Below are positions 56,206 to 64,000 of a stretch of DNA of 64,000 bases, in pieces. The notes below the pieces were generated by a model. The model ran no database searches. It saw only the letters and a list, made by a program, of their open reading frames with translations, and was not told the DNA's origin. The stretch covers positions 30,409-94,408 of the forward strand of contig CAZXCN010000002.1 of NCBI GenBank assembly GCA_964639185.1, in the 5' to 3' direction. The stretch's first letter is position 1. Every line of letters begins with the position of its first letter. The stretch is from an uncultured Candidatus Saccharibacteria bacterium. GTDB taxonomy: Bacteria; Patescibacteriota; Minisyncoccia; Phycocordibacterales; UBA9973. The position numbers and the translations under genes are program-made.

Positions 56206-58563
56206 TTATTTTTTCTTTTCTGGTAATGGAGCTTTTGTTTTATCTACCTCAGTTGTTGGGGCTACAGTAGTATTACTATCTTTTAGTGACTCGATAGCTT
56301 TATCTATATCTGTATTTTCAGGAATAACTTGTTTTAATAACTCAAGTTGTTTCTTTGCATCATCTACGCGACCCATTTTTTGATATGACAAGCTTAGGAA
56401 GTATCTAGCGTTCAAATTAGCATTGTCTAGAATTACAGAATTTTCAAAAGCGCTAACTGCTCCGCTGAAATTACTAGAATTGTATCGAATGATTCCTAAT
56501 TTAAAGAATACACTAGAATCATTTGGTGCGTATACAGCTGCACGTTCAGCAAGCTTTACTGCTTCGCCTGAATTACCTTCATTGATTTCTATCTGAGCTA
56601 GGGTAAATATTGCGTCTATGTAATCAGGCTTCTTTTCCAATGCTTGATTTATCATTGCACGAGCACCTGTATTATTTTTATTTATAATTTCCAATTGAGC
56701 TTTTGACAAAAATACAGATATTGCATCTGGGGAATACGCTAATGCTTTATCGTATGCAATAACAGCATTGTCATATGAACCTTCAGAAATTCCCAAACTC
56801 AACAAAGATGTGTAAACATCGCCCAAGTTGATCCAATTTACATAGTATTTTGGATTTTCATCTATTGCTTGTTTAGATGCAACAATAGTTTGATTAACAA
56901 GATTCTGTAGGTTGCTCTTTAAAGCATCTTCTGGAATAGATTTATCTGAAATAATAGCACCCATTTGTGCAAGATATACCTGTGACAAATTCCTATAGAA
57001 TACATCATTTTTATTGAAAGATATTGCTCTATTTAAATTTCTTTCAGATGTAGTTAGGCCAGCCAAGGTAGAATCTGATGACATAGATTTTGAATAATAA
57101 GACAAAGATGCAAATTTACCTGTATACATCAATATTGCGAACACGCTTGCTATCATAAGTATCACAAGAGAAAATATAGAGAAGAAACTAGCCCTAGGGT
57201 CACGCAAGAATGAACTATCGTAAAGAGGAATAATTTTTTTGTAAACAAGCACTCCAAGGAATAATCCAGTAAAGGCAAAAGCTAGCGTAAACAACATGAA
57301 ATTTGCATTAGAAAGTATTATGTGAATCCAGAAATACAAAGACAGCATTAATGAACCAAATACAACATAATTCGAAGATGGGTTTCGAAGAGTAAATATA
57401 AAAGCATACAATCCTCTACGGATAAATGTCATAAAGAAGAGCAACCAGACAATTAGACCAAATACTCCTACTGTAGCAAATGCTGTGAATAAAGAACTGT
57501 ATCCACTTGGAAAATCAACACTCCATGCTTGTGTATTCAATATACTTGTTGGCTTCCACATTGACCAATTAATCGGGAATGTATTTGGTCCAGTTCCTGT
57601 AAATGGGTTATGCATTACAGACTTTTTTGCAATACCAAAAGTAGAACTAACAGAAGGAGATATTTCTATATTTGAAATATTTAAATAATTTGGCAACAAA
57701 TTACCTACAGAATTATTACCAACAATAAATACCAAACAAACAAGGACAGTAACAAAAGCCATAACAGGCAAACTTTTATCTTTAACAGGCATATTAGAAT
57801 CTATAGGCATGTTGCTTGTTTGTGATCGGAATGAAGAAACACTATAAACAAATACAATCAGTACAAAGAAAGCTGTGACCATCCATACGAAGATATTATT
57901 AACTAATGCTAACATCAATAAACTCAACACTGTTAATATTGAAAGTAGGATTGTATTACGCTTGGAAAGATTATTGAATTCTATTGTAATAATAGATAAT
58001 ATAATTATTCCACCAAAAAATATTGCAAAATCACTCCATGTTCCAAAAAGGTTTCCAAATGGAATACTATTAAAAGCTCCAGGAATATATTTATTTAGGT
58101 TAATGATCATGGATAAAACTTCGATAATACCTATGATTGCTGCACCAGCGAACATAGACTTGAAGAAATATTTTATTCTTGTCTCTTGTTGGAAATATAC
58201 AGATGTCAAGAATAATACAAGTCCAAATATAAGCATTGATACAAAAGTATCTATTTCAAAAGTTCTTCCAAATAATGACAGGTGTGAAGAGAAAGAAAAT
58301 AGTGAGGATATTAGGTACACAACAGGTATAGCAAATGTGTATACTAGGAATCGGTCTTTTGGAATAGTGAACTTGCCATCTACGAATCTAGCAACCAGCC
58401 AGAAAAATAACGACACCATTACACCGATAGACACGATGAATCCCTTGCTAGATTCCAATGGTATGGCTGAATAAGGAACAAAGAAAAAGATCGATACGAA
58501 GAAGGTGATAATTAGTGACCAAAATGACAATCTATTCAGAATTGAGAGTTTATTATTTTCCAT
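56206..58563 (-). CDS. Polytopic membrane protein with C-terminal TPR repeats (O-antigen ligase/polymerase-like, Wzy_C-type; assignment tentative)
   Basis: About 12 TM helices in the first 470 aa. Then TPR-like repeats (AYDKALAY..., AIFTLAQIEINEGN..., ARYFLSLSYQKMGR...). Confidence 0.4.
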   Translation of the reverse strand: MENNKLSILNRLSFWSLIITFFVSIFFFVPYSAIPLESSKGFIVSIGVMVSLFFWLVARFVDGKFTIPKDRFLVYTFAIPVVYLISSLFSFSSHLSLFGRTFEIDTFVSMLIFGLVLFLTSVYFQQETRIKYFFKSMFAGAAIIGIIEVLSMIINLNKYIPGAFNSIPFGNLFGTWSDFAIFFGGIIILSIITIEFNNLSKRNTILLSILTVLSLLMLALVNNIFVWMVTAFFVLIVFVYSVSSFRSQTSNMPIDSNMPVKDKSLPVMAFVTVLVCLVFIVGNNSVGNLLPNYLNISNIEISPSVSSTFGIAKKSVMHNPFTGTGPNTFPINWSMWKPTSILNTQAWSVDFPSGYSSLFTAFATVGVFGLIVWLLFFMTFIRRGLYAFIFTLRNPSSNYVVFGSLMLSLYFWIHIILSNANFMLFTLAFAFTGLFLGVLVYKKIIPLYDSSFLRDPRASFFSIFSLVILMIASVFAILMYTGKFASLSYYSKSMSSDSTLAGLTTSERNLNRAISFNKNDVFYRNLSQVYLAQMGAIISDKSIPEDALKSNLQNLVNQTIVASKQAIDENPKYYVNWINLGDVYTSLLSLGISEGSYDNAVIAYDKALAYSPDAISVFLSKAQLEIINKNNTGARAMINQALEKKPDYIDAIFTLAQIEINEGNSGEAVKLAERAAVYAPNDSSVFFKLGIIRYNSSNFSGAVSAFENSVILDNANLNARYFLSLSYQKMGRVDDAKKQLELLKQVIPENTDIDKAIESLKDSNTTVAPTTEVDKTKAPLPEKKK

Positions 58564-58631
58564 ATTTTTTTAATAATTATTAATATTATATTTTTATATA
58601 CGTTAATTATACCTAAATTAAATCTATAATG

Positions 58632-61046
58632 CTAGACTACAATATTCACAAGGCGCCCTTTTACGCAAATTACTCTTTTTATCTCATTACCTTCAATCCA
58701 TTTTATCATTGATTCATTTGCAAGTGCCAAGGATTTCAAACTATCTTCGTCTATATTAGTAGGTACTTGTATTTCCGCACGAACCTTGCCATTTACTTGC
58801 AATACTATATTTACAGTATCTGACACTAGCTTGGCAGAATCATATTTAGGCCAAAGACTTTTATGAACAGAAGTATTCTCATCACACATATACCACAATT
58901 CCTCAGATATATGTGGGGCAAATGGTGCCAATATTTGCAGAAACATTTTAAAATCACTTATTGTGAGGTTTTTATTTTTCTCAAATTCATTTAAACATAT
59001 CATAATAGATGATATAGCTGTATTGAAATTAAAACCCTCGATATCTTCCTCTACTTTTTTAATTGTTTTATGCAATACTATTTCAGAATCAGTATCTGTT
59101 GTTTCTGATTTAATTTCAATAATCTTGTCGGCAAATCTCCACAATCTTTCCAAGAATCGTGATGTACCCACTAGGCCATCATTATTCCAAGGGACTGTTC
59201 CTTCAAAAGGGCCTATGAACATTTCATACAGACGAAAAGCATCTGCCCCAAAACGTTCAACAACATCATCAGGGTTTACAATATTCCCCCATCGTTTTGA
59301 CATTTTTCTACCATCTGATGCCAATATAAAGCCTAGAAATTCTAATCTTGGAAATGGTTCTTCTGTAGAAACTGAGCCTATGTCAAAAAGGAATTTGTGC
59401 CAAAAACGAGCATATATAAGGTGACGTGTAGCGTGGTCACCACCTACATACACATCTACCGGCATCCAAGATTTTTCCTTATCTTTACTTATCAAAGCTT
59501 CATTATTTTCGGGATCAATATAACGCAAGTAATACCATGAAGAACCAGCCCATTGTGGCATTGTATTTGTTTCCCTTTTACCTGGACCTTTACATTGCGG
59601 GCAATCAGTATTCACCCAATCCTGTATTGTTGCAAGTGGACTCTCGCCTGTTCCTGTAGGCTCGTATGATTCAACTTCAGGCAATACAACAGGTAACTGC
59701 TCGTCAGGTACGGCTACGGCGCCACACTTGTCACAATGTATTATCGGAATCGGCTCACCCCAATATCGCTGTCTAGAAAAAACCCAATCTTTGATTTTAT
59801 AAGAAGTTTTTCTTTTTGCAAATCCTTCTTCGCAAAAATAATCTACCATTTCTTTTATTAAATTTTGATCAATCTCTTTACCTGTAAACTTTCCTGAATT
59901 TATAAGTACGCCAGTATTTTCATGTGCATTTATTGGTATATTTTTATCAGTACGCTCCATTACTTCTTTCAGTGGTATTTCATATTTAATAGCAAAATCA
60001 TAATCACGTACATCGTGTGCTGAACAACGAATAATACCTGTACCGAAATCCATTAATGCAAAATTTGCCAACCACACAGGCATTTGAGTTTTATTAATAG
60101 GGTCAGTAACATATATTCCAGTAAAGATACCTTTCTTTTCCTTATCATTAAAACTTTTAACAGTTTTTTTATGATCTTCGATAAAAGCCTCGACTTCTTT
60201 TTTGTTATCAATATTTTTTATCAACTCTTGTACTATTGGATGCTCGGGTGCGATAACTAGATATGTATCAGCGTAAAGCCAAGCTGGATACGCACTAAAA
60301 GCGTCTAATACAATATCAGAATCTACAACTTTATGACTGATCAATACGCCCTCCTTTCTACCTATCCAATTTCTTTGAGCTTCTTTTACACCATCAGGCC
60401 ATTTTGGTAATTTATCTAAATCAGCAAGCATACGGTCTGCATAATCTGTAATTTTAAGGACCCATTGTCGCATCGGCTTCTGTTCTACAGGCGTACTGCA
60501 ACGCTCACAAGTACCATCAGTTTCAACATCTTCATTTGCAAGCCCTGTTTTACAAGACGAACACCAATTAATTGGCTCAAAGGATTCATAAGCTAACCCC
60601 TTTTTAAACATTTGTAAGAATATCCATTGAGTCCATTTATAAAATTTAGGATCTGTCGTATTCACTTCACGTGACCAATCATGATCAAAACCAATAATAG
60701 AAAGCTGTTCTTTGAATCGAGCTACATTCTTCTCTACAGACACTTTTGGATGAACTTTATTTTTAATTGCAAAATTCTCTGCTGGCAAGCCAAAAGCATC
60801 CCAACCCATCGGGTGTAATACATTAAAACCTGACATCCTTTTCATCCTAGAATATACGTCTGTTGCTATATAGCCACGTGGGTGACCAACATGCAACCCT
60901 TCACCAGATGGATAAGGAAACATATCTAATACATAATGTTTAGGTAAATTTGAATCTTCTTGAGTCTTGTATAAACCTTTAGCCTCCCAATCCTCTTGCC
61001 ACTTCTTCTCTATTTGTTTATGATTGTATTCTTTTTTGCTATTCAT
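58632..61046 (-). CDS. leuS: Leucyl-tRNA synthetase
   Basis: PYPSGEGLHVGHPRGY (HIGH) and KMSKRWGN (KMSKS). CP1 editing domain, 804 aa. Confidence 0.95.
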   Translation of the reverse strand: MNSKKEYNHKQIEKKWQEDWEAKGLYKTQEDSNLPKHYVLDMFPYPSGEGLHVGHPRGYIATDVYSRMKRMSGFNVLHPMGWDAFGLPAENFAIKNKVHPKVSVEKNVARFKEQLSIIGFDHDWSREVNTTDPKFYKWTQWIFLQMFKKGLAYESFEPINWCSSCKTGLANEDVETDGTCERCSTPVEQKPMRQWVLKITDYADRMLADLDKLPKWPDGVKEAQRNWIGRKEGVLISHKVVDSDIVLDAFSAYPAWLYADTYLVIAPEHPIVQELIKNIDNKKEVEAFIEDHKKTVKSFNDKEKKGIFTGIYVTDPINKTQMPVWLANFALMDFGTGIIRCSAHDVRDYDFAIKYEIPLKEVMERTDKNIPINAHENTGVLINSGKFTGKEIDQNLIKEMVDYFCEEGFAKRKTSYKIKDWVFSRQRYWGEPIPIIHCDKCGAVAVPDEQLPVVLPEVESYEPTGTGESPLATIQDWVNTDCPQCKGPGKRETNTMPQWAGSSWYYLRYIDPENNEALISKDKEKSWMPVDVYVGGDHATRHLIYARFWHKFLFDIGSVSTEEPFPRLEFLGFILASDGRKMSKRWGNIVNPDDVVERFGADAFRLYEMFIGPFEGTVPWNNDGLVGTSRFLERLWRFADKIIEIKSETTDTDSEIVLHKTIKKVEEDIEGFNFNTAISSIMICLNEFEKNKNLTISDFKMFLQILAPFAPHISEELWYMCDENTSVHKSLWPKYDSAKLVSDTVNIVLQVNGKVRAEIQVPTNIDEDSLKSLALANESMIKWIEGNEIKRVICVKGRLVNIVV

Positions 61047-61057
61047 AATTTAAGATA

Positions 61058-61681
61058 TTATTTACTGAATTTCTTTACTGCCAACCATATCAATGTAACT
61101 AATGCTACTCCTAATATTATTACCTTGAGTAAATTATCTGCATTTGACCAATAACGTATTGATGCAATAATTATAGACAATACTCCGCCCCAAGAAAATG
61201 ATAATGCCAGTATGCTCAAGTGTACAAACGCACCAGCGATTAATGCAAATACACCTAATACTACTAGTGTTATAAATACATTCTTCTCGTATACTTTTAC
61301 CTGTGCGTTATATTCATTTTGTTTTGTAAAATTCTCATCACAGTAGCCTATCATCTTTGGCTTAGAAACTGTATCAGTAGACATGCTACCATTCCACTGT
61401 CCACCTACAGCTAGACAATCATCCTTATTATCTATAGTACCTGTAACTTGTGTTGGCTTTATAAAATCCTCATAATTTGGCTCGGAATATATTAGTGATA
61501 TTGCATAATTAAAAAATAAATTCATTACTACAACAATAGCCACTATCACTGATGCATGTACAAATTTATTGTGCTCTTGTGTGTGATTTTTTATTTGTGT
61601 ATTCATATGTCTTGAATAGTACCATAAAAATAGTGTATAATAAATAGCATATATTATGATCAGTCGCTCAAAGAAAATCAT
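61058..61681 (-). CDS. Hypothetical membrane protein
   Basis: About 4 TM helices. No motif. The start is probably an internal Met, which would avoid overlapping the divergent gene. Confidence 0.35.
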   Translation of the reverse strand: MIFFERLIIIYAIYYTLFLWYYSRHMNTQIKNHTQEHNKFVHASVIVAIVVVMNLFFNYAISLIYSEPNYEDFIKPTQVTGTIDNKDDCLAVGGQWNGSMSTDTVSKPKMIGYCDENFTKQNEYNAQVKVYEKNVFITLVVLGVFALIAGAFVHLSILALSFSWGGVLSIIIASIRYWSNADNLLKVIILGVALVTLIWLAVKKFSK

Positions 61682-62204
61682 TAAAAAACAAAGTTCTATG
61701 GACTCTATTGAGCGCGTAGCTATTCATGCAACACGCTGGATAGGATCTACCCCGTCACTATTGGTACATACAGGGTTATTCCTCTTTGCCTTTCTTTTCT
61801 ATTTCTGGGGTTTTAACATCAACACTGTACTATTGGTCCTAACTACTGTTGTATCACTCGAGGCTATATACTTATCAATATTTATCCAGATGAGTGTAAA
61901 CAGGCAAGCCCGTCGCCTACATGCTGTGGCCCGTGATGTCGAAGATATTCAAGAAGACGTGGAAGAAATTCAAGAGGATGTGGAAGAAATTCAAGAGGAT
62001 GTGGAGGGTATCGAGAAAGACGTGGATGAGATTCAAAAAGATGTGGACGAGATTCAAGAAGACGTGGAAGAAATTCAAGAAGAGGAAGATAAAGAAGAAA
62101 AAGGCTCAAATGGTAAAGTAGATGAAGTCACTCTAACACACATACAGATACTTCTTTCAGAACTTACAAAAGACATAAAAGATCTAAAAGATAAACAAAA
62201 ATAA
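61656..62204 (+). CDS. DUF1003-like membrane protein with a C-terminal acidic heptad-repeat tail
   Basis: Two TM helices followed by IQMSVNRQARR (cf. DUF1003 ILMSQNRQ). Then DVEDIQE/DVEEIQE repeated seven times, then KEEKG. Confidence 0.5.
   Translation: MISRSKKIIKKQSSMDSIERVAIHATRWIGSTPSLLVHTGLFLFAFLFYFWGFNINTVLLVLTTVVSLEAIYLSIFIQMSVNRQARRLHAVARDVEDIQEDVEEIQEDVEEIQEDVEGIEKDVDEIQKDVDEIQEDVEEIQEEEDKEEKGSNGKVDEVTLTHIQILLSELTKDIKDLKDKQK
61935..62081 (+). repeat. 7 x 21-nt in-frame tandem repeat (gaYgtggaMgaRattcaaGaR) encoding D-V-E-E-I-Q-E heptads
   Basis: Seven units can be aligned by eye, from 61935-61955 through 62061-62081. Confidence 0.85.
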
Positions 62205-62227
62205 AACCCTACGAAATGTAGGGTTTT
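62203..62227. terminator. Bidirectional terminator shared by the convergent DUF1003 gene and tsaC
   Basis: aaaaccctac gaaa tgtagggtttt. The hairpin overlaps both stop codons. Confidence 0.7.
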
Positions 62228-62828
62228 ATTTTCTTATTACTACAGGCAAACCTCCTACGAGCGATATTATAGTCGAAGGTTTACCACTTCGGGTGCCGTA
62301 GCATACATATGCGTCTACATTGTCACCAAAATAAGCTTTGGCTTCACGCCTATTGCGTGCAGGCTCTTTACCTTGCGGGTTAGCGCTTGGTGCTACAAGC
62401 GGGCCGAGCTTCTTGATTAGTCCATACAGGTGGCCATTCTTCTTGCTTATTACCCGAAACGCTAGAGATTCTTTACCCCTATGCAGATATTTGAACTTTG
62501 CACTTGTGCAAGGTAATACGACGCTTGTCTTGGGTTGGAAAACTTCCTGATATTTCTCATATACAGACTTCTTGATACCGAATTGTGCAAGCTCCCTAAC
62601 ACTTGTTATAAGTATTATAAAAGGCTTGTCATCATCGCGACCCTTTATACTGTATATCCTCTCCACAGCCTTTTTATCATTAGCCTTGGTCAATATGCCA
62701 TACAAAGTATCAGTCGGGACAACTACTATCCCACCACTTTGCAAAACTTTTTCAACTTTTACCCATTCACTTTTCATTTTTATACAATAGCATAAAAAAT
62801 AGCGTTGATAAACTTTCAAGTTTATCAA
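62226..62828 (-). CDS. tsaC: L-threonylcarbamoyladenylate synthase (TsaC/YrdC/Sua5 family)
   Basis: GGIVVVPTDTLYGI, KGRDDDKPFIIL and SANPQGKEPARN (YrdC-domain motifs). Start probably at the internal MKSEWV. Confidence 0.8.
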   Translation of the reverse strand: MINLKVYQRYFLCYCIKMKSEWVKVEKVLQSGGIVVVPTDTLYGILTKANDKKAVERIYSIKGRDDDKPFIILITSVRELAQFGIKKSVYEKYQEVFQPKTSVVLPCTSAKFKYLHRGKESLAFRVISKKNGHLYGLIKKLGPLVAPSANPQGKEPARNRREAKAYFGDNVDAYVCYGTRSGKPSTIISLVGGLPVVIRK

Positions 62829-62838
62829 CGCTATTTTA

Positions 62839-63144
62839 TTAATAGGATAATCCTTTCATTATAAATGCAACAATTACAATAATTAAAGAAAAGATTATTA
62901 GAGAAAAAATAAATTTCCAGAAATCTTTTTTATGAGTATTCATGGGTCCGTAAGAAGACTCAATAATACTTATAAAATAATTTACCAAATTTGAACTTTG
63001 CTTCCAAATAAATTTAAGTAACTTTGGAACAAATTCCCCGAGGAACCATTTAAGGAATTTAAAGGTGTTTTCAATCAAACTGGAAAATACTTTTCCAAGA
63101 AGACTAGAACCACCTGAACTGCCAGATTTTGAATGCGCTGTCAT
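62839..63144 (-). CDS. Hypothetical small membrane protein
   Basis: One C-terminal TM helix (FIFSLIIFSLIIVIVAFIM). No motif. Confidence 0.3.
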   Translation of the reverse strand: MTAHSKSGSSGGSSLLGKVFSSLIENTFKFLKWFLGEFVPKLLKFIWKQSSNLVNYFISIIESSYGPMNTHKKDFWKFIFSLIIFSLIIVIVAFIMKGLSY

Positions 63145-63207
63145 ATATGTATTTTTTATATTATACTACAAATTAGTATAATAGTCAATATATAGAAAAA
63201 ACAGCTC

Positions 63208-63543
63208 TTATATTTGGTTTATCTTTGCCGCCACAATAAAGTCATTCTGTGATAGGCCTTGGATAGCGTGAGTTGTAAGGGTTATATTTACCTTACCCCA
63301 ACCGAGTTCCATATCAGGGTGGTGGCCTTCACCCTCGGCTATATCCCCCACTTTGTTTACGAATTCCAAAGCCTCTTTAAAATTTTTGAATTTAAAATGT
63401 TTTGAGATACCTTTACTGTCTTCACTTATAACCCAATCCTTTACATGAAAGTCACGCATAGCCTCGGCATCAGCCTTGCTCATCGGGTCTACCCCACCCT
63501 CGCACGGTACACAATTCTGTTTAGTTAAATCTTCATTATTCAT
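63208..63543 (-). CDS. Pterin-4a-carbinolamine dehydratase (PCD/DCoH)
   Basis: EGHHPDMELGWGKVNITLTTHAIQGLSQND matches the PCD signature [E]-H-H-P-x5-W-x9-H-x3-G-L-S. Confidence 0.8.
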   Translation of the reverse strand: MNNEDLTKQNCVPCEGGVDPMSKADAEAMRDFHVKDWVISEDSKGISKHFKFKNFKEALEFVNKVGDIAEGEGHHPDMELGWGKVNITLTTHAIQGLSQNDFIVAAKINQI

Positions 63544-63556
63544 ATTTCAATAATAA

Positions 63557-63592
63557 CAAAAAACCGAGCACAATAGTAGTGCTCGGTTTTTT
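63557..63592 (-). terminator. Strong hairpin 14 nt upstream of the PCD start codon and downstream of ychF (terminator or attenuator)
   Basis: aaaaaaccgagcac aatagta gtgctcggtttttt, a 14-bp perfect stem with A- and T-tracts on both sides. Confidence 0.6.
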
Positions 63593-63748
63593 GTATAAAT
63601 TTATTTAGAAGCTAAGTGTAAAGCCTCCAAAGAAGAATTTTATAACGATAATTATTAGTATTATACCTAGTATTAATCTGATCATATATTTATTGTACGC
63701 TAATAACAGATTAATACCTATTTACTTGGAAGCCTTGCTTCCAAGTAA

Positions 63749-64000
63749 TCATATCTTGAATTCTATAACGTCTCCGTCTTTGACTATGTATTCCTTGCCT
63801 TCTGTACGAACTTTACCTTTTGCACGAGCTTCGCCATATGAACCAGCATCCAATAGATCCTTCCAGTACACCACTTCCGCACGAATGAATTTATCTTTAA
63901 AGTCTGTATGTATTGCCATACCTGCCACCGGCGCTGTAGAACCGTGCAGTATAGTCCATGCCCTTGTCTCCTCCACACCTGTTGTAAAGTATGTATCAAG
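63749..64000 (-). CDS. ychF: Ribosome-binding ATPase YchF (Obg-like), C-terminal TGS-domain part only; N-terminus is beyond the right window edge
   Basis: ...RAWTILHGSTAPVAGMAIHTDFKDKFIRAEVVYWKDLL...GKEYIVKDGDVIEFKI matches the YchF C-terminal domain. The frame stays open to position 64000. Confidence 0.75.
   Translation of the reverse strand, partial: LDTYFTTGVEETRAWTILHGSTAPVAGMAIHTDFKDKFIRAEVVYWKDLLDAGSYGEARAKGKVRTEGKEYIVKDGDVIEFKI

Noticed and set aside
61882-62121. Two overlapping track ORFs inside the 21-nt repeat array
   Set aside because: They are periodic artefacts of the tandem repeat read in other frames or on the other strand. The DUF1003 frame is supported by an N-terminal domain and a terminator after its stop.
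1-64000. Search for rRNA, RNase P RNA, tmRNA, SRP RNA, transposase or integrase, toxin-antitoxin pairs and known defence-system gene signatures (restriction-modification, Cas, abortive infection)
   Set aside because: None was recognised. Intergenic regions longer than 150 nt are accounted for by terminators, promoters, the tRNA-associated repeats and the structured region at 42.55-42.79 kb. No ORF shows nuclease/methylase/helicase combinations typical of defence islands. The sole DEDDh exonuclease is Orn-like and sits among housekeeping genes.

Overview
This is an AT-rich, gene-dense bacterial segment. Intergenic regions are short, a few genes overlap, and coding is mostly on the minus strand from 1 to 34 kb, then on the plus strand from 34.2 to 40.5 kb, then mixed. 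Gene content is core housekeeping. It includes a contiguous infA-rpmJ-rpsM-rpsK-rpsD-rpoA-rplQ-rplM-rpsI block. It also has grpE/dnaK/dnaJ, seven aminoacyl-tRNA synthetases and translation factors (argS, alaS, valS, leuS, typA, lepA, frr), cell-envelope and division genes (mreB, ftsA, ftsZ, FtsB-like, murJ, mltG, an L,D-transpeptidase, rseP), tsaD/tsaC/mnmA, and four tRNA genes (Glu, Val, Phe, Arg). Several enzymes are noticeably short: AlaRS is 585 aa, ValRS 761 aa, the GlmU-like protein has only the nucleotidyltransferase domain, and the HolB-like protein is 228 aa. Shine-Dalgarno sequences are weak. Many hypothetical membrane or secreted proteins are interspersed. This pattern is consistent with a reduced-genome lineage such as Patescibacteria/CPR (Saccharibacteria-like), but that is inference only. 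I saw no rRNA, CRISPR array, integrase, transposase or obvious prophage genes. The most interesting candidates are listed below. (1) A speA ... agmatinase pair flanking a dipeptide-epimerase / Asp-Glu-racemase / VanX-dipeptidase / GNAT cluster, a possible D-amino-acid and murein-peptide salvage module. (2) A winged-helix + PaaX-C/Cas2-like regulator with an 18-bp palindrome, sitting where HrcA/CIRCE would normally be in the chaperone locus. (3) A sigma-70 region-4 + HARE-HTH fusion protein. (4) A PriA homologue with degenerate helicase motifs I, II and VI. (5) An actin-fold ATPase plus single-pass membrane protein pair in place of secY-adk-map upstream of infA. (6) Partial tRNA duplications next to tRNA-Val (3' half) and tRNA-Phe (2.2 tandem 71-nt units each ending in a tRNA 5' stub). 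(7) A nested-palindrome region downstream of tRNA-Glu. (8) A DUF1003-like membrane protein with 7 x 21-nt repeats encoding acidic heptads. All functional calls are from motif recognition by eye; no database searches were run.
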